50,472 bases of DNA from Candidatus Zhuqueibacterota bacterium (GCA_016783505.1 JADHWK010000014.1:1-50472); one strand, 5' to 3'. Positions 8,527 through 19,800 are shown, counted from the stretch's first letter. Notes: generated by a model from the letters alone, not told the origin. Program-made: numbers and translations.

Positions 8527-9852
8527 ATGGAATTATTTGACCAAGAAGAGGATACCGGCGAACGGGTGCTTCCCCCGCTGGCCGAACGGATTAGGCCCCG
8601 GATCCTGGAGGATTTTGTGGGCCAGGAACACCTGGTGGGTAAAGGGCGGGTGTTGTATGATGCCATTCAGAAGGATCGCATCTTTTCCATGATCTTCTGG
8701 GGTGACCCTGGGGTGGGGAAAACCACCCTGGCCCGCATTATCGCCGCCCAGTCTAAATCCGATATTTATTCCCTGAGCGCCGTCTCCTCCGGGGTGAAGG
8801 AGTTGAGGGAAATCATCCGCAAGGCCGGGATCAACCGAAAATCACGGGGCAGAAGGACCATCCTCTTCATAGATGAGGTGCACCACTTCAACAAGTCCCA
8901 GCAGGACGCCCTGCTCTCCAGTGTGGAGGATGGGACGGTTATCTTCATCGGCTCCACCACCGAGAACCCCTCTTTTGAAATCATCCCACCCCTCCTATCA
9001 CGCTGCCGGGTGTTGCGGTTCGAGCCCTTAGGTGAGGAGAACCTCCTCCGCATCCTGGACAACGCTTTGAAGCGGGATGTGGTCTTAACTAAGAAGAGGA
9101 TCTCCTTCGCCAGGGGGGTCAAGGGGGTCCTGATCAGGCTGTCGGGCGAGGATGCCCGGGTGCTCCTGAACATCCTGGAGCTGGCGGTGGATATGGCGGC
9201 GACTTCTCCGGATGGGGTCCTTCAGATTGACCGGGAGATCCTGGAGAATGCCGCTCTGAGACGGACCGAGGTCTACGATAAGAAGGGGGACTACCACTAC
9301 GACACCATCTCCGCCTTCATCAAGAGCCTGCGGGGTTCCGACCCGGACGGGGCCATCTACTGGCTGGCCCGGATGCTGGAGGCCGGGGAGGACCCCAAAT
9401 TCATCGCCCGGCGGATGATCATCTTAGCCTCTGAGGACATCGGCAACGCCGACCCCCAGGCGCTGATCCTGGCCACCTCCTGCTTTCAGGCGGTGGAGAG
9501 GGTGGGAATGCCCGAGGCCCGCATTGTCCTCTCCCAGACGGCCGCCTATCTGGCTTCCTGTCCCAAGTCCAACGCCGCCTATGTGGCCATTTGCGAGGCC
9601 TCAGAGGACGTGCGCAAAGCCCCGCCGGAGCCCGTTCCCCTGCATCTGCGAAATCCGGTGACGGGGCTGATGCGGGGCATGGGTTACGGACGGGGATATA
9701 AATATGCCCATGACTATGAAGAGGGATTTGCCCACCAGGAAAACCTGCCACCGAAACTTAAGGACAGAATCTACTATCGGCCCAAGGATATCGGGGAGGA
9801 AAAGAAAATCAAAGAGAGACTGGAAAAGTTCTGGAAGAAGCGGAGGAAATGA
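8527..9852 (+). CDS. rarA: Replication-associated recombination protein A (RarA/MgsA AAA+ ATPase)
   Basis: PLAERIRP, GQEHL, Walker A GDPGVGKTT, LFIDEVHHFNKSQQD, TTENPSF, ISAFIKSLRGSDPD, ASEDIGNADP, VPLHLRN and GYKYAHD. Confidence 0.97.
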   Translation: MELFDQEEDTGERVLPPLAERIRPRILEDFVGQEHLVGKGRVLYDAIQKDRIFSMIFWGDPGVGKTTLARIIAAQSKSDIYSLSAVSSGVKELREIIRKAGINRKSRGRRTILFIDEVHHFNKSQQDALLSSVEDGTVIFIGSTTENPSFEIIPPLLSRCRVLRFEPLGEENLLRILDNALKRDVVLTKKRISFARGVKGVLIRLSGEDARVLLNILELAVDMAATSPDGVLQIDREILENAALRRTEVYDKKGDYHYDTISAFIKSLRGSDPDGAIYWLARMLEAGEDPKFIARRMIILASEDIGNADPQALILATSCFQAVERVGMPEARIVLSQTAAYLASCPKSNAAYVAICEASEDVRKAPPEPVPLHLRNPVTGLMRGMGYGRGYKYAHDYEEGFAHQENLPPKLKDRIYYRPKDIGEEKKIKERLEKFWKKRRK

Positions 9853-9943
9853 AAAGTGCATGGGAGCAGATGGCAGGGGGGATGAGAGGAGGATAAATTT
9901 ACGGTTACTCAACATGTAATTTGGTTTTTAAGGTTGAATCTAA

Positions 9944-10560
9944 TAAATCCGAAATCCGAATACCTGCCCGCCACCCCGAGGACTCGGGGGCAGGCGGGTC
10001 GAAATCTCTCAGAACCGTTGGCTCAACTAGCCAAAGACCGAAATAAATTCAAACCTCAAATATTCCGCCGCAGGCGGATTCAAAAAGTTATGGACTCTTT
10101 AACAATATTAAAGTATGCGATTTTTAAAATTTCATTGTTTTGGATTTTGAATTCCGATTATCGGTCAGTTGCCTGACTGTAAGGTTGGTTTCTCACGTCG
10201 GATAGGAATCAATTCCTATCCTAATCCTCATGTTGTAATCCCGATGAATCGGGATGGTCAATCTAATTTATTGGATTTCCGAAGGAAAGTCTAGGATGGT
10301 AATTGATTGCCATCCGATTAATTGGCCGAATCTTAATGCGATTTTAATAGAGAATAATAGATTTATGTTCTATTTAGGACGAAGGTGAGCCTGCCTGCGG
10401 CAGGCAGGCTCACCGAGCAAGATACACCCTCGGTCAAGAGACCTTCGGATCAGGAGGGGTTTGTTTAATTCTTAACCAAGATCACTTGACTTAACAATTA
10501 AGATGTTTCGGATTTCCCGTTCACGGGTTTATGATAAACCCCGGAATTTCGGGGTAACTC
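9944..10560. repeat. Intergenic pile-up of nested palindromic micro-elements inside an inverted heptamer-repeat element
   Basis: AAATCCGAAATCCGAA...TTGGATTTTGAATTCCGA; CCTGCCCGC[CACCCCGAGGACTCGGGG]GCAGGCGGG; TCCGCCGCAGGCGGA (10064); ATCCCGATGAATCGGGAT (10238); 15-bp inverted repeat at 10384-10414. Confidence 0.7.
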
Positions 10561-10593
10561 CGTTGAAAATTCATTGCACCATCCACTGTAAAA

Positions 10594-13200
10594 ATGATTT
10601 TCAAAAAGTCGCATCTAAATTCATTCCTTGTTTTGATATTTTTTATCCTGGGATTTAGTTGGATTCTAAGCGTTTCAGGGGCTTGGTCTGGGAAATCCCT
10701 GATTTCGGTTGACCCATCCGGGCTGGCGGTAGGGGATACCCTTTCGACCCCGGGGGATACCGTTTCTACCCCCTATGCCGACACAACCGCTGTGGATACG
10801 GTGAAAAAGAAAACCGCCGGGGTTGACACCTCGATCTTTTATGGAGCAGAGCGGATTGACTTTTTCGTCCCCGAACGGGTAACTGTCCTTATGGGCGAGG
10901 CGGTAGTCAAATACCAGGACATGACCCTGAAGGCGGGCCGGATCGAGGTGCTCTGGCGGGAGGACCTTCTCTACGCTGAGGGAGTGCCGGATACCGTCTT
11001 TACCGATAGCACCCAAACCGAAGTGGATACCATCCTTACCATCGGCCAGCCGGAATTTGGGGAGCGGGGGGACGTGATGACCGGCGAGCGAATGGTCTAC
11101 AACCTGAAGACCAAAAAGGGGCGGGTGATCAAGGGGCAGACTCAGTATCAGGACGGCTACTATTACGGGGAAAGCATCAAGAAGGTGGGGGATAAGGTGA
11201 TGAATGTGGGCCAGGGCTACTACACCACCTGCGATCTAAACCCGGAACCCCATTATTGTTTTCGAAGCAAAAAGATGAAGCTGATCGTGCAGGACAAGGT
11301 GATCGCCAAACCCATCATTCTGTATTTCGGCCAGGTGCCGGTGATGGCGATGCCCTACGGTATCTTTCCCCACAAATCGGGCCGGCAATCGGGAATTGTG
11401 CCCCCCACCTACGGGGAAAGCGCCCGCCAGGGGCGTTACATCGAGGGGCTGGGTTACTACTGGGCCCCCAGCGACTACTGGGACACCAAGGCCACCCTCG
11501 ATTTTTATGACAGGCTGGATTTTCACTTCCACGGATACCTGAGGTATAACCTGCGGTATCGGTTGCGGGGGAACCTGTCCACCGCCGCCAGTTGGCTGAC
11601 CTCGGGGCTCCAGAACCGTAGGAGATGGGAAATTAGATTTACTCATAGTCAGCAGGTAAGCCCCAGCTCACGCCTGAGTATGAACGGCACCTTCGTCAGC
11701 GATAAGAGCTACTATGATGATTACAGCCACAACGCCCTCCGGCGAATGGACCGCAACCTGCGTTCCAACGCCACCCTGACAAAATCCTGGCCGGGTACCA
11801 AAAACTCAATGACGCTGAACCTATCCCATGTCAAGAATCTGGAAACCGGACAGGTAACCCAGACCCTGCCCCAGCTTAGCTTTCGCCGCTCCCAGGATCG
11901 GTTCTTTGAGCCTGAAGAAGAACAGTCTCCCAGGTGGTATCATTCTATCTACTATTCTTACAACGGGGGGCTTAAGAACTGGGAAAAGCGAAACGACCAG
12001 CGGGAGGATAAATTCGGCCTCCGGCACAGCCTCGCCTTCCAGAGCCCACAGAAGCTATTCAAATGGTTGAACGTTCGGCCTAACCTTTCTTACAGAGAGG
12101 AATGGTTTAATGAATATAAACATTACTCATGGGATGAAGAGGATAGCGTCTGGGTTGCCGACAAGAGGAGGGGTTTCATAGCGAGGAGAACCTATTCGGG
12201 CAGCATTTCGGCCAATACCAAAATTTACGGGATGTTTACCCCTAAGATCGGGGCCCTTCGGGCCATCCGACATACGGTCAGCCCCAGCGTCAGTTTCAAC
12301 TACCAGCCCAAGATTCAGAAAGACCCCTTTTTCGGATACCAGTATTTTGAGCACGGTGAGGATATATTTAAGGGGAGCATCTACGGGGGCACATCCCGGG
12401 GAAAGCGACAGACAATGGGTATCAGCGTTGGGAACCTGTTTCAGGTGAAAACCATGCGGGGTGAGGAGGAGAAAAAATTCGACCTTTTTACCCTGAATTT
12501 TTATAGCAACTACAATTTCTTGGCGGATAGTTTGAAGTGGGGGGATCTCTCCACCAGCTTTCGGGCCAACCCGGTGCGGGGAGGAAAGGGTATCCTGAAG
12601 AGCCTGAGTGTGGACCTTTCGGCCCGTCATAGCCCTTATCTTCGCCGGGGGGAGCAAAAAGTGGACCGGTTTTTCTTTTCGGAGGACCGCTGGGAACGGG
12701 GAAAGTTTATGAGGCTGTTGCGGTTCAGCGCCAACACCACCCTGAGGCTTAAGGGCGAAGCTGGGATGAAGGGGGAAGAGGAGGCTCCCCTCGACACCCT
12801 TGGGCTGGGCATTGAGCCAGGTGTGGGGGAGGGGGTGGGTCTGGCTCCCTCCATGGGGTTTACCAACATGGATATCCCTTGGAACATGGGGCTGACCCTT
12901 CGCTACAACTATAACCCGGAAACAGAGGCTAAATCCTGGTGGCTGAATACGAACGTTGAGATGAGGGTGACCAAAAACTGGAAGGTGAATTACTCCGCCC
13001 GTTTTGACATGGTTGAAAAGGACATCGTCTACCACAACTTTGTCATCTACCGGGATATGCACTGCTGGGAGGGGAGGTTTACCTGGACCCCGGGCGGGGT
13101 GGGTCAGGGGTATTACCTGAAGATCAACGTTAAATCACCCCAGCTTAAAGACCTCAAGGTGGAGAAGAGGAAGGGCAGGGGGAGTCTGTTCGGGTTTTAG
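10594..13200 (+). CDS. lptD: Putative LPS-assembly outer-membrane protein LptD (Bacteroidota/Ignavibacteria type)
   Basis: Signal peptide; OstA-like N-domain (A.V.Y.DM.L.A.RI); YNLKTKKG, YTTCD..PHY, GRQSGI..PTYGES, GYYWAPSDYWD; C-terminal RDMHCWE. Confidence 0.85.
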   Translation: MIFKKSHLNSFLVLIFFILGFSWILSVSGAWSGKSLISVDPSGLAVGDTLSTPGDTVSTPYADTTAVDTVKKKTAGVDTSIFYGAERIDFFVPERVTVLMGEAVVKYQDMTLKAGRIEVLWREDLLYAEGVPDTVFTDSTQTEVDTILTIGQPEFGERGDVMTGERMVYNLKTKKGRVIKGQTQYQDGYYYGESIKKVGDKVMNVGQGYYTTCDLNPEPHYCFRSKKMKLIVQDKVIAKPIILYFGQVPVMAMPYGIFPHKSGRQSGIVPPTYGESARQGRYIEGLGYYWAPSDYWDTKATLDFYDRLDFHFHGYLRYNLRYRLRGNLSTAASWLTSGLQNRRRWEIRFTHSQQVSPSSRLSMNGTFVSDKSYYDDYSHNALRRMDRNLRSNATLTKSWPGTKNSMTLNLSHVKNLETGQVTQTLPQLSFRRSQDRFFEPEEEQSPRWYHSIYYSYNGGLKNWEKRNDQREDKFGLRHSLAFQSPQKLFKWLNVRPNLSYREEWFNEYKHYSWDEEDSVWVADKRRGFIARRTYSGSISANTKIYGMFTPKIGALRAIRHTVSPSVSFNYQPKIQKDPFFGYQYFEHGEDIFKGSIYGGTSRGKRQTMGISVGNLFQVKTMRGEEEKKFDLFTLNFYSNYNFLADSLKWGDLSTSFRANPVRGGKGILKSLSVDLSARHSPYLRRGEQKVDRFFFSEDRWERGKFMRLLRFSANTTLRLKGEAGMKGEEEAPLDTLGLGIEPGVGEGVGLAPSMGFTNMDIPWNMGLTLRYNYNPETEAKSWWLNTNVEMRVTKNWKVNYSARFDMVEKDIVYHNFVIYRDMHCWEGRFTWTPGGVGQGYYLKINVKSPQLKDLKVEKRKGRGSLFGF

Positions 13201-13245
13201 TTAAGATTTGCTGAATGACTTCCGTTTTTCAAGATTGGAACTAAT

Positions 13246-13425
13246 TTAGTTATTAGGTTATTAAGTTATTAAGTCATTAAAAGATAATAAGATAATGTCG
13301 TTTTGATGAAGATGTTTTTAGATGTATATTTGCAATTCTAGCCCCCCAGTCTTACGATCCAATAACCCAATTACCAAATAACTCAATTACCTAATGACTT
13401 AATGACCAAATAATCCAATGATCCT
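13246..13425. repeat. Inverted octamer-repeat element (GTTATTAG/GTTATTAA x4 ... TAACCCAAT/TAACTCAAT/TGACTTAAT runs)
   Basis: Tandem 8-mers on the left and reverse-complement 8-mers on the right. Confidence 0.7.
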
Positions 13426-13490
13426 ACCAACGACGACCCTTTTACGATTAAGAATATTCTGGGGGACATTTGGTTAGTGAAGGTTTGTTG

Positions 13491-13519
13491 TTGACTCTGT
13501 GCCTAAAATTCCGTATATT
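13491..13519 (+). promoter_or_regulatory. sigma70 promoter of the tRNA-Ser operon
   Basis: TTGACT-17-TATATT, ending 5 nt upstream of the tRNA. Confidence 0.7.
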
Positions 13520-13524
13520 TTAAG

Positions 13525-13607
13525 GGAGGACTAGCGTAACTGGTAACGCAGCAGACTTGAAATCTGCCGTCCGCAAGGACTTGGGGGTTCGAGTCCCTCG
13601 TCCTCCG
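13525..13607 (+). tRNA. tRNA-Ser (anticodon UGA)
   Basis: Acceptor GGAGGAC/GTCCTCC with G73; D stem GCGT/ACGC; anticodon arm GCAGA-CTTGAAA-TCTGC; variable arm GTCC-GCAA-GGAC; T arm GGGGG-TTCGAGT-CCCTC; CCA not encoded. Confidence 0.92.
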
Positions 13608-13630
13608 CGTTTTTTAATCAAGCGCTGAAA

Positions 13631-13673
13631 GGAGAGGTGGCCGAGTTGGCTGAAGGCGCTCGCCTGCTAAGCG
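13631..13673 (+). repeat. attL: orphaned 5' half of tRNA-Ser(GCU)
   Basis: GGAGAGGTGGCCGAGTTGGCTGAAGGCGCTCGCCTGCTAAGCG is 42/43 identical to 29519-29561 and stops 3 nt after the anticodon loop. Confidence 0.92.
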
Positions 13674-13767
13674 TGATTTTCAGCCATTTTTTTTGTATCT
13701 AAATCATTTTTAGCTACCAAATATGTGCATATTTAGCAGAAACATGTCAAATATGGACACAGATAAC

Positions 13768-13785
13768 GTTACATATTCGTAACAT
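13768..13785. other. Putative integrase arm-type site (left)
   Basis: GTTACATATTCGTAACAT; a near-identical copy GTTACATATCGGTAACAT lies at 29451-29468. Confidence 0.65.
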
Positions 13786-14453
13786 GAAATAAAGGAAAGA
13801 TACAGAAGGATTTAACGTAATCGCAAAAAAATTTTTCTTAATAAAAAATAGTTAATTTTTTTTGTTCAAAGGGCCCATTCATTCATCTTGAGTAGGCATT
13901 TTGTTTTTTGAAACTTATGAACCCTGATGGTTTTGAAAAACCGGATGGTATTTTTTGGTATATTATCGTTAAAAATTTAACGGAAATTTTCACCCCCCTC
14001 CGACTTTAAAGGTTTTGTGCCTAACCCGTTTCAACCCGGGGTAAAAAAAGCGAAAAAAACTCTTGCATCTTTGAAATTAATTTATAAAACTCCAGGTAGA
14101 AGGATTTTACCCTAATTATTTTATGTTGCTTTATGATTATACCTTGAAGTATTAAAAACAGCTTCAGGTTATACTGTAACCGTAGCCTAAGCAAACCAGA
14201 TTCAACGGAACTTGATTCGGAGCTGGTTAGCCCCTTAAAGATACCCCTGTGAAGCTGCTGATCCCGGTAAGGCTTTTATTGGTTTGCAAACCTAATAGTT
14301 TATCCAGTAAAGATTTCAGGGGTTTTTTACTCCTCCATGAAGCTGTTTACCTTGAATCCTTTATTCTCTATGATTCTAAAGAACCGAATATGGTTTTTTG
14401 AAATATTGTTTATAAGTAAGATCAAAAAATTCCTATTCTTATAGTTAATTCAA

Positions 14454-16133
14454 ATGAAGCTTAAATTATGCACCTTTAGTCTTATTCTGGTTTATAATAT
14501 ATTTTTTCCAATTTCTATCCAAGCTCAGTGGAGTAATGATCCTTCTCAGAATTTACAGGTTTCCCCCTGGGGAATGTCCCCCCAGGCGGTAACTGATGGG
14601 GCGGGGGGGGTGTATATTTTGTGGCATGTAAACAGCTTTGCCACCCCTCAGTATCTTCAGCGGGTAAATAAATACGGTTATATTTGTTGGGAGTGGCCAT
14701 TAGTAATACAAGGTGAGTGGGGGGGAACCGGTTTTTATCCGTATATTATTGAAGACGGTTCCACAGGTGCATTGGTTGCTTTTAGTGAACTTCAGGTTAG
14801 TGGTGAGTTTCCATATCCTGGTCGTGGGCTGGTGACCCGTGTTGACAGCACAGGCAGTTTTGTATGGGATTCTGTGAATGTCAGGGTGAGTTTAACGGAT
14901 AGTTCTTATGGGGCAGTAGGTATGGTCCCTGATGGGGAAGGCGGTGCTATTGTTGTTTTTATAGTCGAATTTCTTGAGACGATTCCGCTTTATGTGCAGC
15001 ATATTTCTTCTTCTGGACAGCGCCTTTGGGGGGATAGTGGTGTATTTGTTACTGATGTCGTCTCAAGTGCAGCTATTTCGTTGGTTTCTGATGGGGCTGG
15101 CGGGGTGATTTTACATTATTGGGAAGATGATTTTAAGTTTAGTCGAATTGATTCTAATGGGAACATACTGGGGACGACGAATTCCACTATGTTTTATTCA
15201 CGGATGATACCGGATAGGAATGGTGGAGCAATAATGAGTGGTACAAGATATTCAGGTGGAGATTACAATTCTGTTGCTAATCGTCTTTCTTTTGACGGAA
15301 TATTTTTATGGGGTAATGAAGGTATTACGTTAGCTGATAGTACAGGAATACAGGGTTCTGGCATTAATATAGCCCTCAATGAGGATGAAACAGCGACATT
15401 TGTATGGAGAAAGCCAGTAAATTCATTAAATAATATTTTCACCCAGCGATTAACAGAGAATGGACAAATAGTCTGGAATGAAAATATACTTGTTAGTTTA
15501 TATCCATCTGAAAAAGTGGGAGGTCAAGTTCTACCGAGTGATAGCGGAAGTAACATTTATATATGGGCAGATTCCAGAAACAGTAATGGAGATCCATTTG
15601 GCAGTGATATATATACTCAAAAAATAAGTTCTACACAAGAAAGATTGTGGCCTTATGATGATATCCAGATTACTTATAGTCATCCTTCTCATATGAAAAT
15701 TGCTACAGATCAACAAAATGGTGCAATTGTTGTTTGGTCTGATGAACCTCTTTATGGCATATTTGCCCAACAGATAAGTAAGAATGGCATTTTAGGTGAG
15801 GTAATTGATTCTGTCTCTTCTATTGAAGTAGAAAATGAAAATAAATTTCCTGAAGTATTTGAACTATATCAAAATTATCCAAATCCATTTAATCCATCAA
15901 CGGTTATTAGATATCAGCTATCGGCTATCAGTAATGTGGAGTTAATAATTTATAATGCCTTAAGTCAAGAAATTAAGCTACTATTTAGTGGTCAATTACC
16001 AGCAGGTAATTATCAATCTATTTGGGATGGTAGGGATAATTTTGAAAACCAGCTATCAAGTGGCGTCTATTTTTATAGACTAAAGATAAATAATAATAAA
16101 ATAAAAACAAAGAAGATGTTGTTAATTAGATAG
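14454..16133 (+). CDS. Secreted beta-propeller-like protein (DGxGG repeats) with C-terminal T9SS-type-A-like/FlgD-Ig sorting domain
   Basis: Signal peptide (..IQA|QW); repeated DGAGG/DGEGG..W...Q(R/K)(I/L)..G..LW units; QNYPNPFNPST...WDGRD...SSGVYFY...KKMLLIR. Confidence 0.8.
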   Translation: MKLKLCTFSLILVYNIFFPISIQAQWSNDPSQNLQVSPWGMSPQAVTDGAGGVYILWHVNSFATPQYLQRVNKYGYICWEWPLVIQGEWGGTGFYPYIIEDGSTGALVAFSELQVSGEFPYPGRGLVTRVDSTGSFVWDSVNVRVSLTDSSYGAVGMVPDGEGGAIVVFIVEFLETIPLYVQHISSSGQRLWGDSGVFVTDVVSSAAISLVSDGAGGVILHYWEDDFKFSRIDSNGNILGTTNSTMFYSRMIPDRNGGAIMSGTRYSGGDYNSVANRLSFDGIFLWGNEGITLADSTGIQGSGINIALNEDETATFVWRKPVNSLNNIFTQRLTENGQIVWNENILVSLYPSEKVGGQVLPSDSGSNIYIWADSRNSNGDPFGSDIYTQKISSTQERLWPYDDIQITYSHPSHMKIATDQQNGAIVVWSDEPLYGIFAQQISKNGILGEVIDSVSSIEVENENKFPEVFELYQNYPNPFNPSTVIRYQLSAISNVELIIYNALSQEIKLLFSGQLPAGNYQSIWDGRDNFENQLSSGVYFYRLKINNNKIKTKKMLLIR

Positions 16134-16201
16134 AGATAAATTGAATACAAGTAAGTAATAATCAGTTTCAATATTTAAACCAAAACAAGGAGGGTCAAAT
16201 C

Positions 16202-19200
16202 ATGAAGAAGGTTATGTTCACTCTGGTGGCGTTGACTTTATCCATGTCAATGGCCTATGCCTGTGGTTTTAACACTGGCTATATTGAATGGTCCCAGCCC
16301 AATGGCGTAGGTTTTACAGCATGCTATTGGAGCGATGGTTTTCAAACATGGATGGAAACGGATGATGGGTATCGTATTTTTAAGGGCTATGATGGTTGGT
16401 TTTATTACGCTGTTCTGAACAGCAGGGGAGAATTTTCCCCATCGGATAAAAAAGTGGGCATTGATCCACCTTTAGCTTCATCCTACAAGTTGGAACGTTC
16501 TGCTGAAAGAATAGCAGAGATTCAGGCATATAAGGAAGCCTGGAATCGGGGTGCTGAGGAAGGATATCAGGAAAATTTAGCTTCTTCACTTGATGACCCC
16601 GTAACGTATAAACTCGGCGTGGTTCTGGTTGATTTTACACCCAGTGCCAGAAGAACAGAAAATGAAAATTATCCATATGGTTACACCAAAGCTCTTTTTG
16701 ACAGCATGTTTTTTTCAAGAAATCATTGGATTGGTGATGAATTCAGTACGCCACCAACTCCGCATCCTGAGCTTGAAGCTCTATTCGGCAGTTTTGCCGA
16801 TTATTACTGGGAGCAGTCGTTGGAAACGGTTCAGTTTGAAGGCAGAGACGGAATGCGTTCGATTGTAAATCCAGATACGCTTGTTAATGGGTATTTAATA
16901 CCGCGGTGGGTAATTCTGGACAGTTCTGCAACTTATTACGATGAATTAGGAGGAGGATGGCCATTCGGTGCTTATACCCTTTTACATGACATGATAAGTG
17001 CTGCCAATGCCCAATTAGCCGATGTTCTTGGCGACAGCCCTTTGGATTCTGTTTTTGATAAGGTTGGATTTATCACTGCTGGTTATACCTCTCTAAGCGG
17101 TGGAAATTTACGTGGAGGATGGACAGAATATGTGGGTGGAAAATATTATGTGTGCGCAGAGGTGTATGGATGGGAGGGTAATCCAAATTATCCCGCTGGC
17201 TTTCGTCATATCGGCACTCACGTTCATGAGTTTGCTCATACAATTGGTTTGGCGCATTATAATTTCTATTATCCCGCTCTTTACTGCCGTTATTTTAATT
17301 TAATGGGATATGGTGGTAATGGTCCAGATTATCGTGAAGCCTGTCCTTCCGGTTTTTGTCCTTATGCCCGTGTAGAAAAATTAAATTATGTAGAATATGA
17401 TACCATTCAAACAGACACCACACTAATTATCAGCTACAATTACGATAATCCAAAATATTACCTTATTAAGGTGCCTTCAAGCAGTCAACGTTTTGTTCTT
17501 GAGAATCGCCTCAGAGAAGGTTTTGATTTATGGACGCCAAATGATGCGAATTTCGTATCCCCTGACCCTCAAAATATAGATCCCAATGGCAACCAAGGCG
17601 GGCTATTAATCTGGCGTAATAGGTCACATATAGACCTTTTGGCGGCAGATGATGTACCTTATCATGAACGGATGGTTCCGGATTCAGACGAAGATATGCT
17701 GAATTTAGCGAGAGATCTTTTCCCTTATAATCAACAAGATGGGGCGGGCAGTGGATTGAATTTTAATGATTTTACATCCCCCAGCAGCAAGATAAGTGAT
17801 GAGGTCTTTTCCCATATCGCTATTCAAAACATAACCTGGGATGACGTGAATAAGACCACTACCGTAGATATTTACTTCAATGCCTGGAAGGGAAACATTA
17901 CGGAGAATACCACCTGGGATGGTGACATCTATGTTTATGGAAATATTTTTGTAAATCCCGGGGTAACCCTCACTATTCTCCCAAACACCACAATTAAATT
18001 TGATGGGTATTATAGATTGAATGTGCAGGGTAAACTTATAGCTGAAGGGACTCTAACGAACCCCATTACCTTTTGCAAAATCCCATCGACTCAAAATTGG
18101 TTTGGAATTATGTTTGAAGATTCAAGCAATGATTCATCTGTGGTTAAATATTGCAATATCAAGGATGCCTATCGAGGAGTAAGTTGTATATATGCTTCCC
18201 CAACAATAAGTAACAACACGATTTCAAACGTCACGTATGGAATATATGTTTCATATTCTTCCGCCACTCTGTCTAATAACATAATAAACCAAAACAATAG
18301 CTATGGTATATATCTTTATAAATCTTCCTCGACGACTACTAATAATTAGATAGAGAACTCCACTAATTTTGGGATCTATTGTCGTTATTCAAACTCCATC
18401 CCTTCCCAACCGGTCCTACAATATAATACTATAGAAAACATTTATAATTATGGAATTTATTGCTATAAATCCTCTCCTAAGTTGTTTGATAACATAATAC
18501 AAGATAATGGTAAAGATGGTGTATACTGTTATCGTTATAGCAATGCTGAATTTGGAAGTAGTAATAGTGATATTCCTGGTCGTAATGTGATTAGGTATAA
18601 TGATCGCTATGGTTTGTATGCTAACTATTATTCAGATGTTTTTTTGGGTGAGTTTATATATTTTGGGCCGGGCATTACCTTTGGTGGTTATAACAGTGTT
18701 TATAGCAATAGCTCCTATGAAGTAAGGGCCAATTATTATTGTGATGTCCTGGCTGAAAAGAATTGGTGGGGTTCTTATCCGCCTCCTTCCTCAGAATTTT
18801 ATGCCACCAATGGGTCCTACATAGACTATGATTTCGCATTGGATTACGATCCAAACCCTATTCCAAAAGGTGAAGGTACGCCTGGGGGTAATCCACCCTT
18901 ATCAGGAATGCAATCTGGAATACAGATCAATTTTCAAGCCTATTCACTGGGAGATTTGCTCAGGATGGCATCCCGGTATAGATGGAGCAACAATTTTGAT
19001 TTGGCGATTCAGATATGCGAATACATTATATCTGCATCTCCTGATTCCAATGAAGCCCAACATGCCCTGGCCATTCTCTGGGGAGTTTTCAGGCTCTCTG
19101 GTATGGGAGGATTTTCTGCTTGTCTTGATAGCATAATTATATCTTACCCAGATTATGAAATAAGCGGGATGGCTTCTGAAATACTTGCCTGTTTATATGT

Positions 19201-19771
19201 ATCTGAAGGATTGATAGAAGATGCTTTAACCCATATTCAACGGATAAGGGATAATTTTGCCGGTTCTGAGGTTCATAAATATGCCCTGTTTGATTTGATA
19301 AACATTTATCTTTATGAGCAGGGTGATTTGGATATGGCCCTGGAGACCTTTTCTGAATTATCGACCCTCTTCCCCGACGATGAGTTAGTGGAATTAGCCC
19401 AATTGCTGATTGATGATTCTGGATTGACATCAATGGGTAAGAGACTTCCTGAAAGCGGTATGAGCTTGTCTGTTAATATTCCTGAGGATTATTCACTATT
19501 ACAGAATTATCCTAATCCTTTCAACACTTCGACTACCATCAGATACGGATTGCCCGAAGATTCAAGAGTCAGTGTAAAGATTTACAATATAATTGGCCAA
19601 GAGGTGGCTACTCTGGTTAATAAGCCCCAGGATAAAGGATATTACACTGTCAACTGGAATGCTAACGAGTTAGCTTCAGGTATTTATATCTTGAGAATTG
19701 AGGCTCAGGCTCTGTCACAGACGACAGACAAGAGGTTTTTAAAGGTTATGAAAATGTTATTAGTAAAATAG
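16202..19771 (+). pseudogene. M6-like (immune inhibitor A-type) metzincin + beta-helix + TPR + C-terminal sorting domain, interrupted by one in-frame TAG at 18347-18349
   Basis: 16202-18349 and 18482-19771 are in the same frame, and 18350-18481 is open and continues the beta-helix (NN*IENSTNFGIYCRYS...NNYGIYCYKSSP). Also QPNG..F propeptide, HEFAHTIGLAH, F.LENR...GFD and NYPNPFN. Confidence 0.8.
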
Positions 19772-19800
19772 CGAATTCCAAGACAAAATATGAATATTGA

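Noticed and set aside
9934-10176. 80-aa ORF after rarA
   Set aside because: It is made of repeat and palindromic elements, has a TTG start and shows no protein-like motif.
12127-13062. 311-aa antisense ORF in lptD and similar shadow ORFs throughout
   Set aside because: They fully overlap well-supported + strand genes, have no motifs, and are expected in GC-rich coding DNA.
13525-13607. tRNA-Sec or opal suppressor
   Set aside because: The anticodon is UGA (reads UCA, Ser), not UCA, and the acceptor stem is a normal 7 bp.
14219-14275. TPP riboswitch (ATACCCCTGTGAA..CTGATCCCGGTAA)
   Set aside because: It lacks the UGAGA motif and the 3' GCGNAGGGA element, and the downstream genes are unrelated to thiamine.
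18347-18349. Genome-wide TAG recoding
   Set aside because: Many genes here end in TAG exactly at expected C-termini (3286, 13200, 16133, 19771, 29440, 47906).
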